Assembly: GCA_964304625.1 (NCBI GenBank)
Contig: OZ199838.1
Location: forward strand, 6,683,731-6,747,730
Source of the DNA: Kudoa neothunni
Taxonomy: Eukaryota > Animalia > Cnidaria
Reading direction: 5' to 3'
DNA: 64,000 nt
The position numbers and the translations under genes are program-made. Shown in pieces: positions 63,971 through 64,000 of the stretch. Position 1 is the first letter of the stretch, and each line of letters opens with the position of its first letter. Under the pieces are notes generated by a model. The model was given only the letters and a program-made list of their open reading frames with translations. It made no database searches and was not told the origin of the DNA.

Positions 63971-64000
63971 TATATTATTATACGATCTATAAAAAAAGTG

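Overview
AT-rich, intron-containing eukaryotic DNA, almost certainly from an animal. The gene set, ~40-70 nt GT-AG introns and strong protein divergence suggest a reduced parasitic metazoan such as a myxozoan, but this is inference. Splicing exons by hand gives six host genes that the ORF track shows only as fragments. On the minus strand: a DENND1/connecdenn-like Rab GEF, mitochondrial ribosomal protein bL27m, CENP-C and separase. On the plus strand: glycogen phosphorylase and an FGD-type RhoGEF that lacks its FYVE domain. Intergenic space and several of the few kb-sized introns are filled with DNA-transposon relics: six piggyBac-derived elements, pogo/Tigger elements and MITEs, hAT, Merlin-like, FLYWCH-MULE and a probable Helitron. 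There are also tRNA-headed SINE-like elements. No prokaryotic features or CRISPR arrays are present. Best leads: an operon-like 117-bp MRPL27-DENND1 junction, the FYVE-less FGD, a bL27m with its conserved N-terminal motif replaced, a highly structured Pol III SINE-like RNA, a piggyBac ORF split exactly at an A_AAA_AAC heptamer, nested transposons that explain a 3.1-kb intron, and a recurrent GCGCAYGCGC motif. None of these is shown to be a new system from sequence alone.
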